NCBI GenBank assembly: GCA_964507055.1
Contig: CAZDOJ010000001.1
Coordinates: 721,313-785,312, forward strand
Source: an uncultured Gammaproteobacteria bacterium
GTDB lineage: Bacteria > Patescibacteriota > Microgenomatia > Levybacterales > UBA12049
Direction of reading: 5' to 3'
Length of the DNA stretch: 64,000 nt
The notes beneath the pieces are model-generated. The model was not told the DNA's origin, made no database searches, and was given only the letters and a program-made list of their open reading frames with translations. Positions within the stretch are counted from its first letter, which is position 1, and each line of letters opens with the position of its first letter. Made by a program: the position numbers and the translations under genes. Below are positions 10,428-20,934 of the stretch, one piece after another.

Positions 10428-11396
10428 TCATTTAGCACTTTTTTTATGCCATTCCCACGCAGTCTTTATAATCGTTTCTAAGTCTGAGTACTTTGGATTA
10501 AATCCTAATTTTTCTTTTGCTTTCGTATTGTCTGCATATATTATTGCCGGATCACCAACTCTTCGTGGTCCCTCTTCAATTGGAAAATCTACACCACTTA
10601 CTTTCTTTATCATTTCAAGAACTTCTCTATTTGAATAGCCATTTCCCGTACCCAAATTTATTGAATCACTCTGTTTTGTTTCATCAATTAACTTAAGTGC
10701 ATCAATATGTGCTTGTGCAAGATCCAAGACATGAATGTAATCACGTATACAAGAACCATCTGGAGTATCGTAGTCAGTACCTAAGAGTTTAAAGGCTTTA
10801 TTTTGTCCAAGTGCTGTTTTGATAGCGATTGGGATAATATGAGTTTCAGGATCGTGATCTTCACCAAGCGAACCATCTAATAAGGCTCCGGCTGCATTGA
10901 AATAACGCAAATTAATATATTTGATGTTATGCACTTTTTCATACCAAGATAGGATCGTCTCAAACATAAGTTTGGATTCACCATAAACACTTTCAGGTTT
11001 TTTTGATTCATCTTCTGTGACTGGAAGTGACGAGGGATAGCCATAAATTGAGCAACTTGATGAAAAAATTATATTTGGAATTTTTCTTTCATGCATGAAT
11101 TCCAGAAGATTTAGTCCACCTTGAAGATTGCTTTGGAAATATTTATAGGGATTCTGCATTGATTCTCCCGCAAGAGCATACGCAGCAAAATGGATAACTG
11201 CATCAAAAGTACCAGTTACATTTTCTCTTAGATGATCGAGATCCGTAAGATCTCCAATAATGAGTGGGGCTGTGATTGATTCTTTGTGGCCATAAACGAC
11301 ATTGTCATAGACGACAACTTCATGCCCCTCTTTTAACAATTCCGCAACTGTTACGCTTCCAATATAACCTGTACCACCTGTAACTAATACTCTCAT
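10428..11396 (-). CDS. galE: UDP-glucose 4-epimerase (GalE family)
   Basis: MRVLVTGGTGYIGS, catalytic YGESK and DGSCIRDYIHVLDLAQAH; full-length SDR epimerase. Confidence 0.9.
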   Translation of the reverse strand: MRVLVTGGTGYIGSVTVAELLKEGHEVVVYDNVVYGHKESITAPLIIGDLTDLDHLRENVTGTFDAVIHFAAYALAGESMQNPYKYFQSNLQGGLNLLEFMHERKIPNIIFSSSCSIYGYPSSLPVTEDESKKPESVYGESKLMFETILSWYEKVHNIKYINLRYFNAAGALLDGSLGEDHDPETHIIPIAIKTALGQNKAFKLLGTDYDTPDGSCIRDYIHVLDLAQAHIDALKLIDETKQSDSINLGTGNGYSNREVLEMIKKVSGVDFPIEEGPRRVGDPAIIYADNTKAKEKLGFNPKYSDLETIIKTAWEWHKKSAK

Positions 11397-11465
11397 GTGC
11401 AGATCTTATTGTAGCAGAATTTCATGACTATTCAAATGCTGGGGTATAGAAAGAAATTGAGATAT

Positions 11466-12434
11466 TTATTTGCGAGTGTGCCAATCCCATGCAGTTTTTA
11501 CAATTGTTTCCAAATCAGAATATTTTGGCTTAAAACCTAATTCAGCCTGGATCTTACTAGAATCGGCAATGAGTTGATCAGGATCTCCAGGCCTTTTTTC
11601 TACAATCTCTATAGGGATAGCAATTCCACTCACTTTCTTTACAGTTTCAACAATCTGCTTATTAGAATAGCCACTACCAGTGCCCACATTGTAGAAAGAT
11701 GCCCCTCCTGATTTCCAAAGCTTCTCAAGAGCCAGGATATGTGCTTCACAAAGATCTAAGACATGGATATAATCCCGCACACACGTACCATCTGAAGTAT
11801 TATAGGTATCTCCAAATAATTTGAAACTACGCTTTTCTAAAGCTGCTAATATGACATTCGGAATAATATGCGTTTCAGGTTCATGCCTCTCACCTATACT
11901 TGCATCCAAAGAAGCACCTGAAGCATTAAAATAACGAAGAACAACGAAATTTAAATCATATGTTTTGTGATACCACTGCAATATTTTTTCAACCATAAGC
12001 TTACTTTCTCCATAAGGACTTTCTGGATTTTTGGGATGCTCTTCATCTATTGGCAACTTCGTTGGAGTACCATAGACAGCGGCGGTTGAAGAAAAAATAA
12101 AATTATTTACATTTTTCTTTTTCATTTCTTCAAGGACGTTCATTGCACCATCAATATTATTTTCAAAATATTTATTTGGAACTTGCATGGATTCACCAAC
12201 TGCAATGTAAGCTGCAAAATGGATCACACCGTCAAATGTATTCTCAGAGAAAATTTTGGATACGAAGACTTTATCGAGGAGATCACCTTGATAAAATACT
12301 GCATTAGAGGCTACTGCATCGCTAAAACCCTTTTCGAGACTATCCGCAACCACAACTTCATGTCTTCGGGCGAGAAGAGCTTGAACCATATGACTTCCAA
12401 TATAGCCAGCACCACCAGTTACAAGTATTTTCAT
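11466..12434 (-). CDS. galE: UDP-glucose/UDP-hexose 4-epimerase (GalE family), tandem paralog
   Basis: MKILVTGGAGYIGS, YGESK and DGTCVRDYIHVLDLCEAH. Same 322-aa length as its neighbour and collinear with it throughout. Confidence 0.9.
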   Translation of the reverse strand: MKILVTGGAGYIGSHMVQALLARRHEVVVADSLEKGFSDAVASNAVFYQGDLLDKVFVSKIFSENTFDGVIHFAAYIAVGESMQVPNKYFENNIDGAMNVLEEMKKKNVNNFIFSSTAAVYGTPTKLPIDEEHPKNPESPYGESKLMVEKILQWYHKTYDLNFVVLRYFNASGASLDASIGERHEPETHIIPNVILAALEKRSFKLFGDTYNTSDGTCVRDYIHVLDLCEAHILALEKLWKSGGASFYNVGTGSGYSNKQIVETVKKVSGIAIPIEIVEKRPGDPDQLIADSSKIQAELGFKPKYSDLETIVKTAWDWHTRK

Positions 12435-12479
12435 AGCATATGTATTCTAGCAAAAATTATATAATCATGATAAAGAATT

Positions 12480-14015
12480 TTAATTTCGCTTTTCTTTCTT
12501 TATTACGAGTGTTTGATCAGGATAGATAGTAGTTTTAAGAGTTTTATATTTTGTATCTGCACCTCTAAAATTAATAAAATCTTCTTTATTTTTTACATCC
12601 TTAGGAATCACAAGATACATTACTTTTGTTTGATCTTTAATAAGACCTGGATCGTAAGGAACATCTTTTCCTGCATGAATACGGAATAAATAAGAATAAT
12701 CATAAGTATAAATTGCATCGTTTGCAGCATATATCGTGTAGTCATTACTGCCAGCATCCTTTCTTATACCCTCCACTACATTCTCTTTTGCAGCCAATGT
12801 ACCAAAATTCTTTGTAAGATCTTTATTTATGTTTGTTATATATTTAAATCCATTATTTGCAATTAATAGAAAGACAACAAACATAATAATAACCTTAATC
12901 CACTTAAGTTTATTGATAATAATTCCCACAGCGAGCAAGAAGATAATTTCGATTCCAATGAAATGATAATCCCACACTGGATTATTTGCAGTAAGATAAA
13001 TAAAGAGAATTCCTGTAGTTATACTCAGAACCAATATTGATAGTTTTAACTCATTCGGTGTTTGTTTACCTCTGTTTTTGATAAAATAGTAAACGAGCCC
13101 TGCTGCAAAAATAAAAGCAAAAATAGACAATGACATTTGGAATAAATCTGCACCTCTCTCAAAAAATCTACTTATTATTTGTTCACGACTAAGGCCTGGA
13201 AGATCTACGACTCCACCGTAACTAAATAACGCATTGAGTAAGGCTTGTGTTTGTTGAAATTGATGTCGTAATTCGAATAGTAAAAAAGGAGAGAATGAAA
13301 CTATTAATCCTAAACCAAAAAGTATGTTCTTCAGCATAAATTCTTTTAGAGAATGTATTTTATTTTTTTCTTTTAAGAATTCATTTATACCTTCATAGAC
13401 CATATAAATAATAATTCCAAGCATCATTCCTATACCAAATGATAAGTGAAAGTTTAGAACCAATCCTGCACTAAAACCACCTGCAAAAAGGATAAACAGA
13501 TTTTTAAAATGAAAACTGCTCGTTCTAATTAACAGTAAATATATTGTTACAAGAAAAAAGAGCGGAGCTAAATGCGGATTCCATAAATTCGTAAAGTAGC
13601 TTGAATAACTCGTTAGAAATAGTAACCACAAAATTGATATGGTACCTAATGTGAATACTTTTCGCATTTTAAAAAGTATAAAAGGAAAAACGAGAAGATA
13701 AGGCAATGTTTCGACAACAAATGTCACGACCTTTGGATCAGGTGAAAATAATTGTCCAACGCTTAAGAACCATATCCAATATGGTCCATAAAACACACCA
13801 GGAATTCCTGAAGTTGGACCGATTAATGTTGGCTTACTAAGATTTGAGAGTCCAGCAAGCATATCACGGGCAGGATCATACCAAAATGAGAAGTTTCCAG
13901 TAAAAACATTTGTCAAAATAATAGTAATGGGTATAAGAGATACCAAAAAGACTAGTGCAAAAAGAATTTTATTATTTCGATACAATAATTTTTGTGGTTT
14001 TAGTTTATTTTTCAT
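12480..14015 (-). CDS. polytopic membrane protein, putative GT-C-fold glycosyltransferase (family unassigned)
   Basis: Multi-TM protein. The loop motif WYDPARD...LIGPTSGIPGVFYGPYWIWFLSV is shared with the 38461..40047 protein. Start trimmed from 14096 to MKNKLKPQ (14013-14015) to avoid a 92-nt overlap with the upstream GT2. Confidence 0.45.
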   Translation of the reverse strand: MKNKLKPQKLLYRNNKILFALVFLVSLIPITIILTNVFTGNFSFWYDPARDMLAGLSNLSKPTLIGPTSGIPGVFYGPYWIWFLSVGQLFSPDPKVVTFVVETLPYLLVFPFILFKMRKVFTLGTISILWLLFLTSYSSYFTNLWNPHLAPLFFLVTIYLLLIRTSSFHFKNLFILFAGGFSAGLVLNFHLSFGIGMMLGIIIYMVYEGINEFLKEKNKIHSLKEFMLKNILFGLGLIVSFSPFLLFELRHQFQQTQALLNALFSYGGVVDLPGLSREQIISRFFERGADLFQMSLSIFAFIFAAGLVYYFIKNRGKQTPNELKLSILVLSITTGILFIYLTANNPVWDYHFIGIEIIFLLAVGIIINKLKWIKVIIMFVVFLLIANNGFKYITNINKDLTKNFGTLAAKENVVEGIRKDAGSNDYTIYAANDAIYTYDYSYLFRIHAGKDVPYDPGLIKDQTKVMYLVIPKDVKNKEDFINFRGADTKYKTLKTTIYPDQTLVIKKEKRN

Positions 14016-14886
14016 TCTTTCTTTTCTTATATCGTATATATGCTCGAGGGAATCGCAATGCGGAAAAAAGAGAGAAAACAAATCCTTGGTATCCATCTAA
14101 GATACCTTTATGTCTCAGGTATGTTAAAAGGAACCAGCTTGCTGGCTTGAATAACATATAATTTGTTTGAACCTTAAAGGTGTCGCTATCTTTTTTCTCT
14201 GTTAATTCAGAGCTTATTAGATTTATATAACGACTATTTCGTTGAAGGTAACGTGCAAAATTTGGTGAGTCGATATGATAAAGATCATTTTGTAACCATC
14301 CTACTCTGCCATCAACTTCCATTTGTTCATGAACGTCTTTACAAGGCAAATATGCTTTCCCCTTGCGAATCAAACGAATAACACCATCAGGATAGACTCC
14401 TCCATATCGTAGATACTTCCCCAAAAAATAATTTAATCGTGGGATAAAAAACGCAGAATATTCTCCTGATTTTTTGCCAATCCTCCCATCCCTTTGTTCC
14501 AATAATTCTTGATGTTTTAGAAACAGATTTCTATTTGGTAAATTCTCTTGATATTTTTCAATTTCATGATCGGACATTTCTGTCATTTTGACAATCTCTG
14601 CTGCAAGTGCTGGACTTACTCTTTCATCTGCATCTAATTGAAGTATCCATTCAAACTGTGCCATGTCAATTCCCTTTTGCTTATTTATGTGGAATATTGG
14701 GGGATTATCTGTCACAACAATTTTTGCATTATATTTTTTCGAAATCTCTACAGTTTTATCAGTAGAAGAACCATCAATAATAATAATTTCATCAGCAATT
14801 TCTTTTACAGAGTCTAAACAATCTCCAATATTTTTCTCTTCATTAAATGTTGCTAATACTACTGATAACTTCTTATTCATATTCAT
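14005..14886 (-). CDS. glycosyltransferase family 2 (WaaE/KdtX-like subgroup)
   Basis: LSVVLATFNEEKNIGDCLDSVKEIADEIIIIDGSSTDKT, and DxD in QLDADERV. Paralog of 22333..23091 and 23156..24070. Start taken at MNMNKK; the track ORF extends to 14916. Confidence 0.85.
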   Translation of the reverse strand: MNMNKKLSVVLATFNEEKNIGDCLDSVKEIADEIIIIDGSSTDKTVEISKKYNAKIVVTDNPPIFHINKQKGIDMAQFEWILQLDADERVSPALAAEIVKMTEMSDHEIEKYQENLPNRNLFLKHQELLEQRDGRIGKKSGEYSAFFIPRLNYFLGKYLRYGGVYPDGVIRLIRKGKAYLPCKDVHEQMEVDGRVGWLQNDLYHIDSPNFARYLQRNSRYINLISSELTEKKDSDTFKVQTNYMLFKPASWFLLTYLRHKGILDGYQGFVFSLFSALRFPRAYIRYKKRKNEK

Positions 14887-16504
14887 AAATTGTTGTTGCT
14901 GGATTACCATCAGCATAGTTAAATTGTTTTACTTTCTTTCCTTTAAATGCTTCCTCACCAAGTGTCACAAAAAGATCGCCAGTCTTAAGCTGATTTCTAC
15001 ATTCTCCAAAATACGAATTACTTATAGCATAACAGTTCTTCGTTATTTGCCTTAATCCGCCTTCCTGTATATATTTATTTGGATCGTATTGGGTATAGAA
15101 GAGATAGAAAATATACGGTTGTTCAAAATTATTGGTAAAGATAATATTGTGGTCTGTATTTGATGTATATTGAATTGCTTCCTTATATCCATACTGCCAA
15201 TCCTTTTGTACTTCTGTATTTGTATGGACAAAGTATTGATGAAGATAGTAAATAACATTAAAGATTAAGAATAATAAAGGTAAAAGAAGAATCATACGTG
15301 TTCGTACATTTTTAAGAGAAGAAAATGCATACCACCAGCCAAATGCTTCAAATATATGCCATGTTGGAAGGAAGATTAAACTTCTTGATGCATTTGGAGC
15401 ATCAGTAGCTAAAGCCGAAGCCCCAGGGGCAAGTAATAACCATACAAATAATATCCAAGCGGTACGGAATTTATATTTTGTAAGATAAAATATTCCTAAT
15501 AAAATAAATGCTATATTTGTAACATACAAGATCCCCATACCAGGCGTATGATGACGAGGATTATCGCCTTTCATGAAAAGCCAAACTGGATTAAAGTGTT
15601 CTAAGTAATTAGTAATATATTGCTGTAGGTAAACAACTCGCCGGTTATGTACTATTGTTCTTATCGGATCGCCATTTACTTGATCATAGTTCATTTGCTG
15701 GAGTGGCTTTTGCAACAATTGGGTTTGACTACCAGTAAATAATACACCCCTTCCACGTGCAGTTGTACGGCTGTCTACCACCCAAAAAATATTACTAAGA
15801 GCAAAGACAACAAGTAAGCTAATTATAAGCACTTTTTTGCTAAAGAAATATTTCCATCCATATAAAATAAGAACAATAAATAAGGCAGGAGCAAATAATT
15901 TGTCACTGTGATACGTATAAGCACTTAATGCAAGTGCAATTGCTCCCATAAACAAGTACTTATTTCTTTTGGCATTCAATCCCTTAATAAAGAGCCAACT
16001 TCCTAAAATAATAAAGAATAAACCTACATTGGCTTCATACGCAACTCTACTAAATTGAATCGACCATGGAGATATTGCAAAGAAAAGCATTGAGAAAAGT
16101 GCAACTGTCTTTGCATATTTCTCTTTTCTAAAAAGTTCAAATGTAAAAAGATATACAAATAGAATAGTAAGTGTGCCGAAAAAGGCTGAGGGCAAACGAG
16201 TGGAAAACTCATTAAATCCAAATAAAGCAATACCCGGGACTGATGCATAAATATATAATGGTTGTTTATAATCTCCAAATGCCTTAAAAGAAAGAGGAAG
16301 TATATTACCGTGTTCATCTTTACCTGTTTGCAAAATGGAGTATGCACTATAACCCCAAGATACTTCATCCCAATTTAAACTATTAGGAATATTTCCTAAC
16401 TGATAAAATCGCAAAAAGCCGCCAATAAATAAGATTATGAGAAATAAAAGTAAAAACAGTTTTCTATTTAGTTTCATAAATCCAGAAAATCTCTTCCTTT
16501 CCAA
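14873..16504 (-). CDS. GT39/PMT_2-type (ArnT-like) polyprenol-phosphate-sugar-dependent glycosyltransferase
   Basis: First-loop motif LNWDEVSWGYSAYSILQTGKDEHGNILPLSFKAFGDYKQPLYIY, about 12 TM helices, and a C-terminal soluble domain. Alternative start MKLNRK at 16477. Confidence 0.7.
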   Translation of the reverse strand: MERKRFSGFMKLNRKLFLLLFLIILFIGGFLRFYQLGNIPNSLNWDEVSWGYSAYSILQTGKDEHGNILPLSFKAFGDYKQPLYIYASVPGIALFGFNEFSTRLPSAFFGTLTILFVYLFTFELFRKEKYAKTVALFSMLFFAISPWSIQFSRVAYEANVGLFFIILGSWLFIKGLNAKRNKYLFMGAIALALSAYTYHSDKLFAPALFIVLILYGWKYFFSKKVLIISLLVVFALSNIFWVVDSRTTARGRGVLFTGSQTQLLQKPLQQMNYDQVNGDPIRTIVHNRRVVYLQQYITNYLEHFNPVWLFMKGDNPRHHTPGMGILYVTNIAFILLGIFYLTKYKFRTAWILFVWLLLAPGASALATDAPNASRSLIFLPTWHIFEAFGWWYAFSSLKNVRTRMILLLPLLFLIFNVIYYLHQYFVHTNTEVQKDWQYGYKEAIQYTSNTDHNIIFTNNFEQPYIFYLFYTQYDPNKYIQEGGLRQITKNCYAISNSYFGECRNQLKTGDLFVTLGEEAFKGKKVKQFNYADGNPATTIYEYE

Positions 16505-18122
16505 TTATAATCTTTTTTAACTTATTTGTATCGATATCTTTACCTTGAAAATCATCAGGGTATCCAATGATAGAGACATTCTTTTCTTTATAAGCATTAC
16601 TAGGAATACTAAATTGAAGCTTATCTAGTTTCTCTACTTGACCGAACCCATACTCATCCACTGCACTGAGCGATGCTTTCTTTTGATATTGTTCAGGTGG
16701 GTACTTAAGATAGAAAAGCATAAAGATGTAAGGCTCACCATTTTTCTGAGTAATATAAAACTTTTTTAAATTAGAGTAATTATCCTTAACATACCCAGAT
16801 AGGTCCGAATATCCACACTGCCAAGCACGTATTGAAGTCGCTCTTTGAGGATAATGATTTAAATAAAAATCCCATGAATAGAAAAGAGCGATGCTCTCGA
16901 GAGCAACTATTGTAATTAAAATTGGGATAAATTTCTTTCTTTTTCTCGCAAACATCAGGATATTGTAGACTCCATATGCAATCACACATATAAGCGGAAT
17001 AAGCAAGAAGAGCGTTCGTGTTAGTGAATCTCCATTCCATGCAAAAGCAGCAGCTAACGGGGAAATTATAATCAAGGCGAGCAGAAAAAATCTCCATCGC
17101 TGACTGTTTTTAAATAGGTAAAATAGACCTATGAAGATGAACATATATTCAATAACTGTCATCGGAGACATAGAGTTATATCCAAAACGGGGATTGCTAT
17201 CTCCATTGGTTGCAAGAAACTGCGGAGAAAAATAAGTAAGCTCATTAGAAATAACATCCCGCGTGCCCACAGTAAATTTGTTATACAGTGAATGTATACC
17301 ACCTTCGTCTCTCAATTCGACTACCTTGAGCTTGAATCCACTGTTGTTAAATAGAAATAGATTTTCAACTCTTGCAGGTTTATATATAACGTCTGCGATT
17401 GCAGACACACTGATAGCTAGTAAGAAAATGCATATAAACAGCATGTTTTTCTTGAGCTTTTTCTTATAAATAAAATAACCAAGAGCATAACAAAAGAAGA
17501 AGAGAGCAAAAAGTCGACTTGATTGATACGAGAAAAGAGCCAAAAAAAGAGTAGCTATAAAAAATATTCCCAGATTCAGTTTTGTATTCTTTAAAAACTT
17601 TATAAAAAAGTATGTTGATAAGGATATAAGGAAAGCAGCAAGGAGTGCTTCATGTGCATGGCGTGCGATAATTCCTTTTCCTAGTGAAACACTCGTTACA
17701 AGAGCCCCTATTACAGCAATCTCATCTTTTTCAAAAAGCTCTTTTATCAAGAGATATATAACCAAAGGAAACAACAAAGCAATAACAATATTTAATGCAC
17801 GGACGCCTGATTCATTTAAGCCAATCGTGGCGACAAAGGGAACCGAAAGGTAAGAATATAAAGGCATTTTATAATCGCCAAACGATTTAAGGCGAACAGG
17901 CAACGTATTCCCATATTCATCAGCACCAGTTTTGAGTAATGAATAGGCATTATACCCAAATGCTGCTTCATCAGCATTCATACAAGGTGGAGTTTCATTA
18001 AACTTAAATAAAGAAAAAAATAAGGAGAAGCAAATCGAAACTATTAATAAGAAAAGGATAGACTTTTTTGAAGATATAAAGTCTATCCTTGAGCCCGGTT
18101 TTTTAGGCGTCTTTTTTTTCAT
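16464..18122 (-). CDS. GT39/PMT_2-type (ArnT-like) glycosyltransferase, tandem paralog
   Basis: MNADEAAFGYNAYSLLKTGADEYGNTLPVRLKSFGDYKMPLYSY matches its neighbour's motif, with the same architecture. Confidence 0.7.
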   Translation of the reverse strand: MKKKTPKKPGSRIDFISSKKSILFLLIVSICFSLFFSLFKFNETPPCMNADEAAFGYNAYSLLKTGADEYGNTLPVRLKSFGDYKMPLYSYLSVPFVATIGLNESGVRALNIVIALLFPLVIYLLIKELFEKDEIAVIGALVTSVSLGKGIIARHAHEALLAAFLISLSTYFFIKFLKNTKLNLGIFFIATLFLALFSYQSSRLFALFFFCYALGYFIYKKKLKKNMLFICIFLLAISVSAIADVIYKPARVENLFLFNNSGFKLKVVELRDEGGIHSLYNKFTVGTRDVISNELTYFSPQFLATNGDSNPRFGYNSMSPMTVIEYMFIFIGLFYLFKNSQRWRFFLLALIIISPLAAAFAWNGDSLTRTLFLLIPLICVIAYGVYNILMFARKRKKFIPILITIVALESIALFYSWDFYLNHYPQRATSIRAWQCGYSDLSGYVKDNYSNLKKFYITQKNGEPYIFMLFYLKYPPEQYQKKASLSAVDEYGFGQVEKLDKLQFSIPSNAYKEKNVSIIGYPDDFQGKDIDTNKLKKIIIGKEEIFWIYETK

Positions 18123-18140
18123 TAATTATTTATATCAATA

Positions 18141-18866
18141 TTAGTTGATAAAGCGATATTTTACTAGCGTCCAAATAGCCTTTATTCCATCTCTAACGGT
18201 ATTTAATTTCTTGCCTTCTTCATAACTTCTTGGATTCGTCGAAATTGGAACTTCTCTAATTTTGTGGCCTTGCTTGAGTAGCTTTGCTGTAATTTCAGGC
18301 TCTAATTCAAATCCCCTAGCATGTAGCGTAATATCTTTTAAAGCATCCTTTGGAAAAAGCTTGTAACAGCATTCCATATCAGTCAACCAATTGCCAAAGA
18401 ATACACTTGTTATTAAACTTAATGTCTTATTACCAACGTAGTGAATGAAAAACCGTGGCGTTCGTTCATCTTTTGCAAAGTCTGGCATTCTATTTAAGCG
18501 CGTCCCATAAATAACTTTTGCCTCGCCCAGAATGACAAGCTCTAAAAGTTTTTTAATATCTTGTGGATCATATTCTAAGTCTGCATCTTGGATAATTATA
18601 TAATTACCTTTCGCACGCTTGATACCAGTTCTTACAGCGGCCCCTTTACCCATATTTCGTTTATGATGAATAATCTTAAAATTAGCTTTTGTACTTTTTA
18701 TCTTTGTTAAAAATTTTGCGGTGTTATCAGTTGAACCATCATTAACAATGATAATTTCTTTACTTACTACAGGAAGTTTTACTGCAAAAACTTTCTTTAT
18801 TACTTGGGTTATTGTTTTTTCTTCATTGTAGACAGGAACAATAATAGATAGTTTTATTGAATTCAT
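18141..18866 (-). CDS. GT2 polyprenol-phosphate sugar synthase (DPM1/ArnC-like)
   Basis: LSIIVPVYNEEKTI, IVNDGSTDNT, IQDADLEYDP and ECCYKLF; a 241-aa soluble DPM1-like layout. Confidence 0.75.
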   Translation of the reverse strand: MNSIKLSIIVPVYNEEKTITQVIKKVFAVKLPVVSKEIIIVNDGSTDNTAKFLTKIKSTKANFKIIHHKRNMGKGAAVRTGIKRAKGNYIIIQDADLEYDPQDIKKLLELVILGEAKVIYGTRLNRMPDFAKDERTPRFFIHYVGNKTLSLITSVFFGNWLTDMECCYKLFPKDALKDITLHARGFELEPEITAKLLKQGHKIREVPISTNPRSYEEGKKLNTVRDGIKAIWTLVKYRFIN

Positions 18867-18873
18867 TGAAATA

Positions 18874-20886
18874 TCAGTCTTTTATCTCAAGTATTATAAC
18901 ATTTCTGTTTTCAAATCTTTTTACAAAATACTTGGAATTAAACTTAAAGGGTAGTTTTTGATCCTGAACCTTTTGTAAATAAAGATATTTAATATTTTTA
19001 GCTTTTGCGTTTTTAGCAAACGACTCAACATTTTTTGTTGCAAATAATTCAGAAAGAGCATATTCTAATTTTTTAATATTTTGGCCATGTGACTCTATCA
19101 TAGTAATACCAGAAATATAAGAATTTCTATCGGAAAAATATGCGACATATGTTGTGCTATGATCATGTGCATTTCTAGGATGAGATTGTACAAGAGCATC
19201 CCTTGAACTATGCAGACGAAGATAAGTAAGTGCCTCAATCTCTTCAGCAGGGATAATTGCTCCAGTATTTGTGATAATAACTGATGCTGCTGTTGCAGTT
19301 TCATAAAATGCCCTGGGAACAGTTAGGACAATCACAACAATAACTACTATGGTCGCCCATATTTTTTTCTTACGCATAAGCGTATATATTAAATACGCAG
19401 TGAAAAGAGCCATAACAGTAGTTGAGACAACAAAAAAATTAAATACATTAAAGCTCCCTGCTTTCTGCAGTGTTAAGAGGCCAAGGAGTTGGAAAAGAAG
19501 TATCCCAGGCAAAAAGAATAACATATGTTGCCATCCAAGCAGCTTGAATAAATCTTTATGGGGGATAATTCCCAGTAAACGAGTTCCATGGATACAGATC
19601 AAACCCACCAACGCTGCAAAGATATTATAGATAATTATATTTCTAGTATTGTCTGCTGCCTCATAAACTTGCATTCGGAGCCACCATTCTTGCATGTTTA
19701 AATTTTGATATCCCAAAAAGACTTTAGGCCATTCTAAGGGATAATATGCTAAACCACCGGAACTTGCGTTGGGAGGGAAATAAACTATCGATGCAATTGT
19801 TCCAAATAATATGAGTAAAAGAATAGTTCTATACTCCTTTACGAAAAGCTTTTTACAACTTTTGCCAAATGAATATTTTCTTACTAAATGAATAAGTGAC
19901 ACGATTATCCGTCCACAAACAATTAAGGCAAAACCAAGAGCTGTAAATATCCCGAAATAAACTTTAAACCCAACTAATGGAGCAAAGAAAAGTACCGAAA
20001 GGAATCCCCACTTATTTTGGTTTGATTGAATCCAATTATATAAAGGAATCAAGCCACTTATAAATATCATTTTTGCCGCAGCATGTGGCATGTTATAAAA
20101 TTGCGTTATTCCATTATCAATTGCTGGTGTATAAAATCCAAACTTATGCTGTAAAATGAGCATGAAAATATATGCTGCATCTCCACCAAAGTAGAGAAAA
20201 AATAGTGCACATGCACTTGCCATTTTGGATTTTGTCCATAGACGCATTAACAAAAAGGTTGCCATACTGGTTATAACCGCTAAAAATAAGGGGATAAAAT
20301 GAAAGAAAATATGATGGGCAGGAATGAACCAAACTCTGGAGAGCTCAGCAATATTAAGATCCATCCAATAATGATAATTTATAAGTTCTAAGGTAGCAGC
20401 TCCTGGTTCCCTTGGTGGGAAGGTAGTCATCATTTCTTGTATATAAGCCATATGCATTAAACCATCCACGCTATTGGGCCCCAGAAAGCGCATACCTTCA
20501 CTAGTCATCCACCCTGAGCCAAGCATAACGAGTGATTGAAGAATTACCCCAACAAAAATAAATACACTAATAGATTTGTTTTGTCGTATTCTTCCAGTAA
20601 CATAAATAAATATTTTTTTAAGTTCATTTCTATGTGGAATTGCGAGAATGGCTACGAGTAGTAGAAAAATGTAACTTACCCAGCGAAGCTGTAAATATCC
20701 TAAAATATATGCTTGCAATGTCCATAAAATATACCCCAAACATAGGGCAAGAACAAAGTTTGTGATACTCATTTTAGAGTCTATTTTCCGTATGAGCAGG
20801 AAACCTGGAAGATAAAACGAAATAAATACAGCAACGAAGAAGCCTATGAGTGATAACCAAAATTGATAATCAAGAATCGAATACAT
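18874..20886 (-). CDS. large polytopic membrane protein (putative GT-C-like or polymerase; family unassigned)
   Basis: 670 aa, with more than 12 predicted helices and then a ~150-aa C-terminal soluble domain. No motif I can name. Confidence 0.35.
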   Translation of the reverse strand: MYSILDYQFWLSLIGFFVAVFISFYLPGFLLIRKIDSKMSITNFVLALCLGYILWTLQAYILGYLQLRWVSYIFLLLVAILAIPHRNELKKIFIYVTGRIRQNKSISVFIFVGVILQSLVMLGSGWMTSEGMRFLGPNSVDGLMHMAYIQEMMTTFPPREPGAATLELINYHYWMDLNIAELSRVWFIPAHHIFFHFIPLFLAVITSMATFLLMRLWTKSKMASACALFFLYFGGDAAYIFMLILQHKFGFYTPAIDNGITQFYNMPHAAAKMIFISGLIPLYNWIQSNQNKWGFLSVLFFAPLVGFKVYFGIFTALGFALIVCGRIIVSLIHLVRKYSFGKSCKKLFVKEYRTILLLILFGTIASIVYFPPNASSGGLAYYPLEWPKVFLGYQNLNMQEWWLRMQVYEAADNTRNIIIYNIFAALVGLICIHGTRLLGIIPHKDLFKLLGWQHMLFFLPGILLFQLLGLLTLQKAGSFNVFNFFVVSTTVMALFTAYLIYTLMRKKKIWATIVVIVVIVLTVPRAFYETATAASVIITNTGAIIPAEEIEALTYLRLHSSRDALVQSHPRNAHDHSTTYVAYFSDRNSYISGITMIESHGQNIKKLEYALSELFATKNVESFAKNAKAKNIKYLYLQKVQDQKLPFKFNSKYFVKRFENRNVIILEIKD

Positions 20887-20934
20887 CAGTTATTAAAGTA
20901 TATCAAGCTTTTCTTAGCAAGAATATATGTAAAG

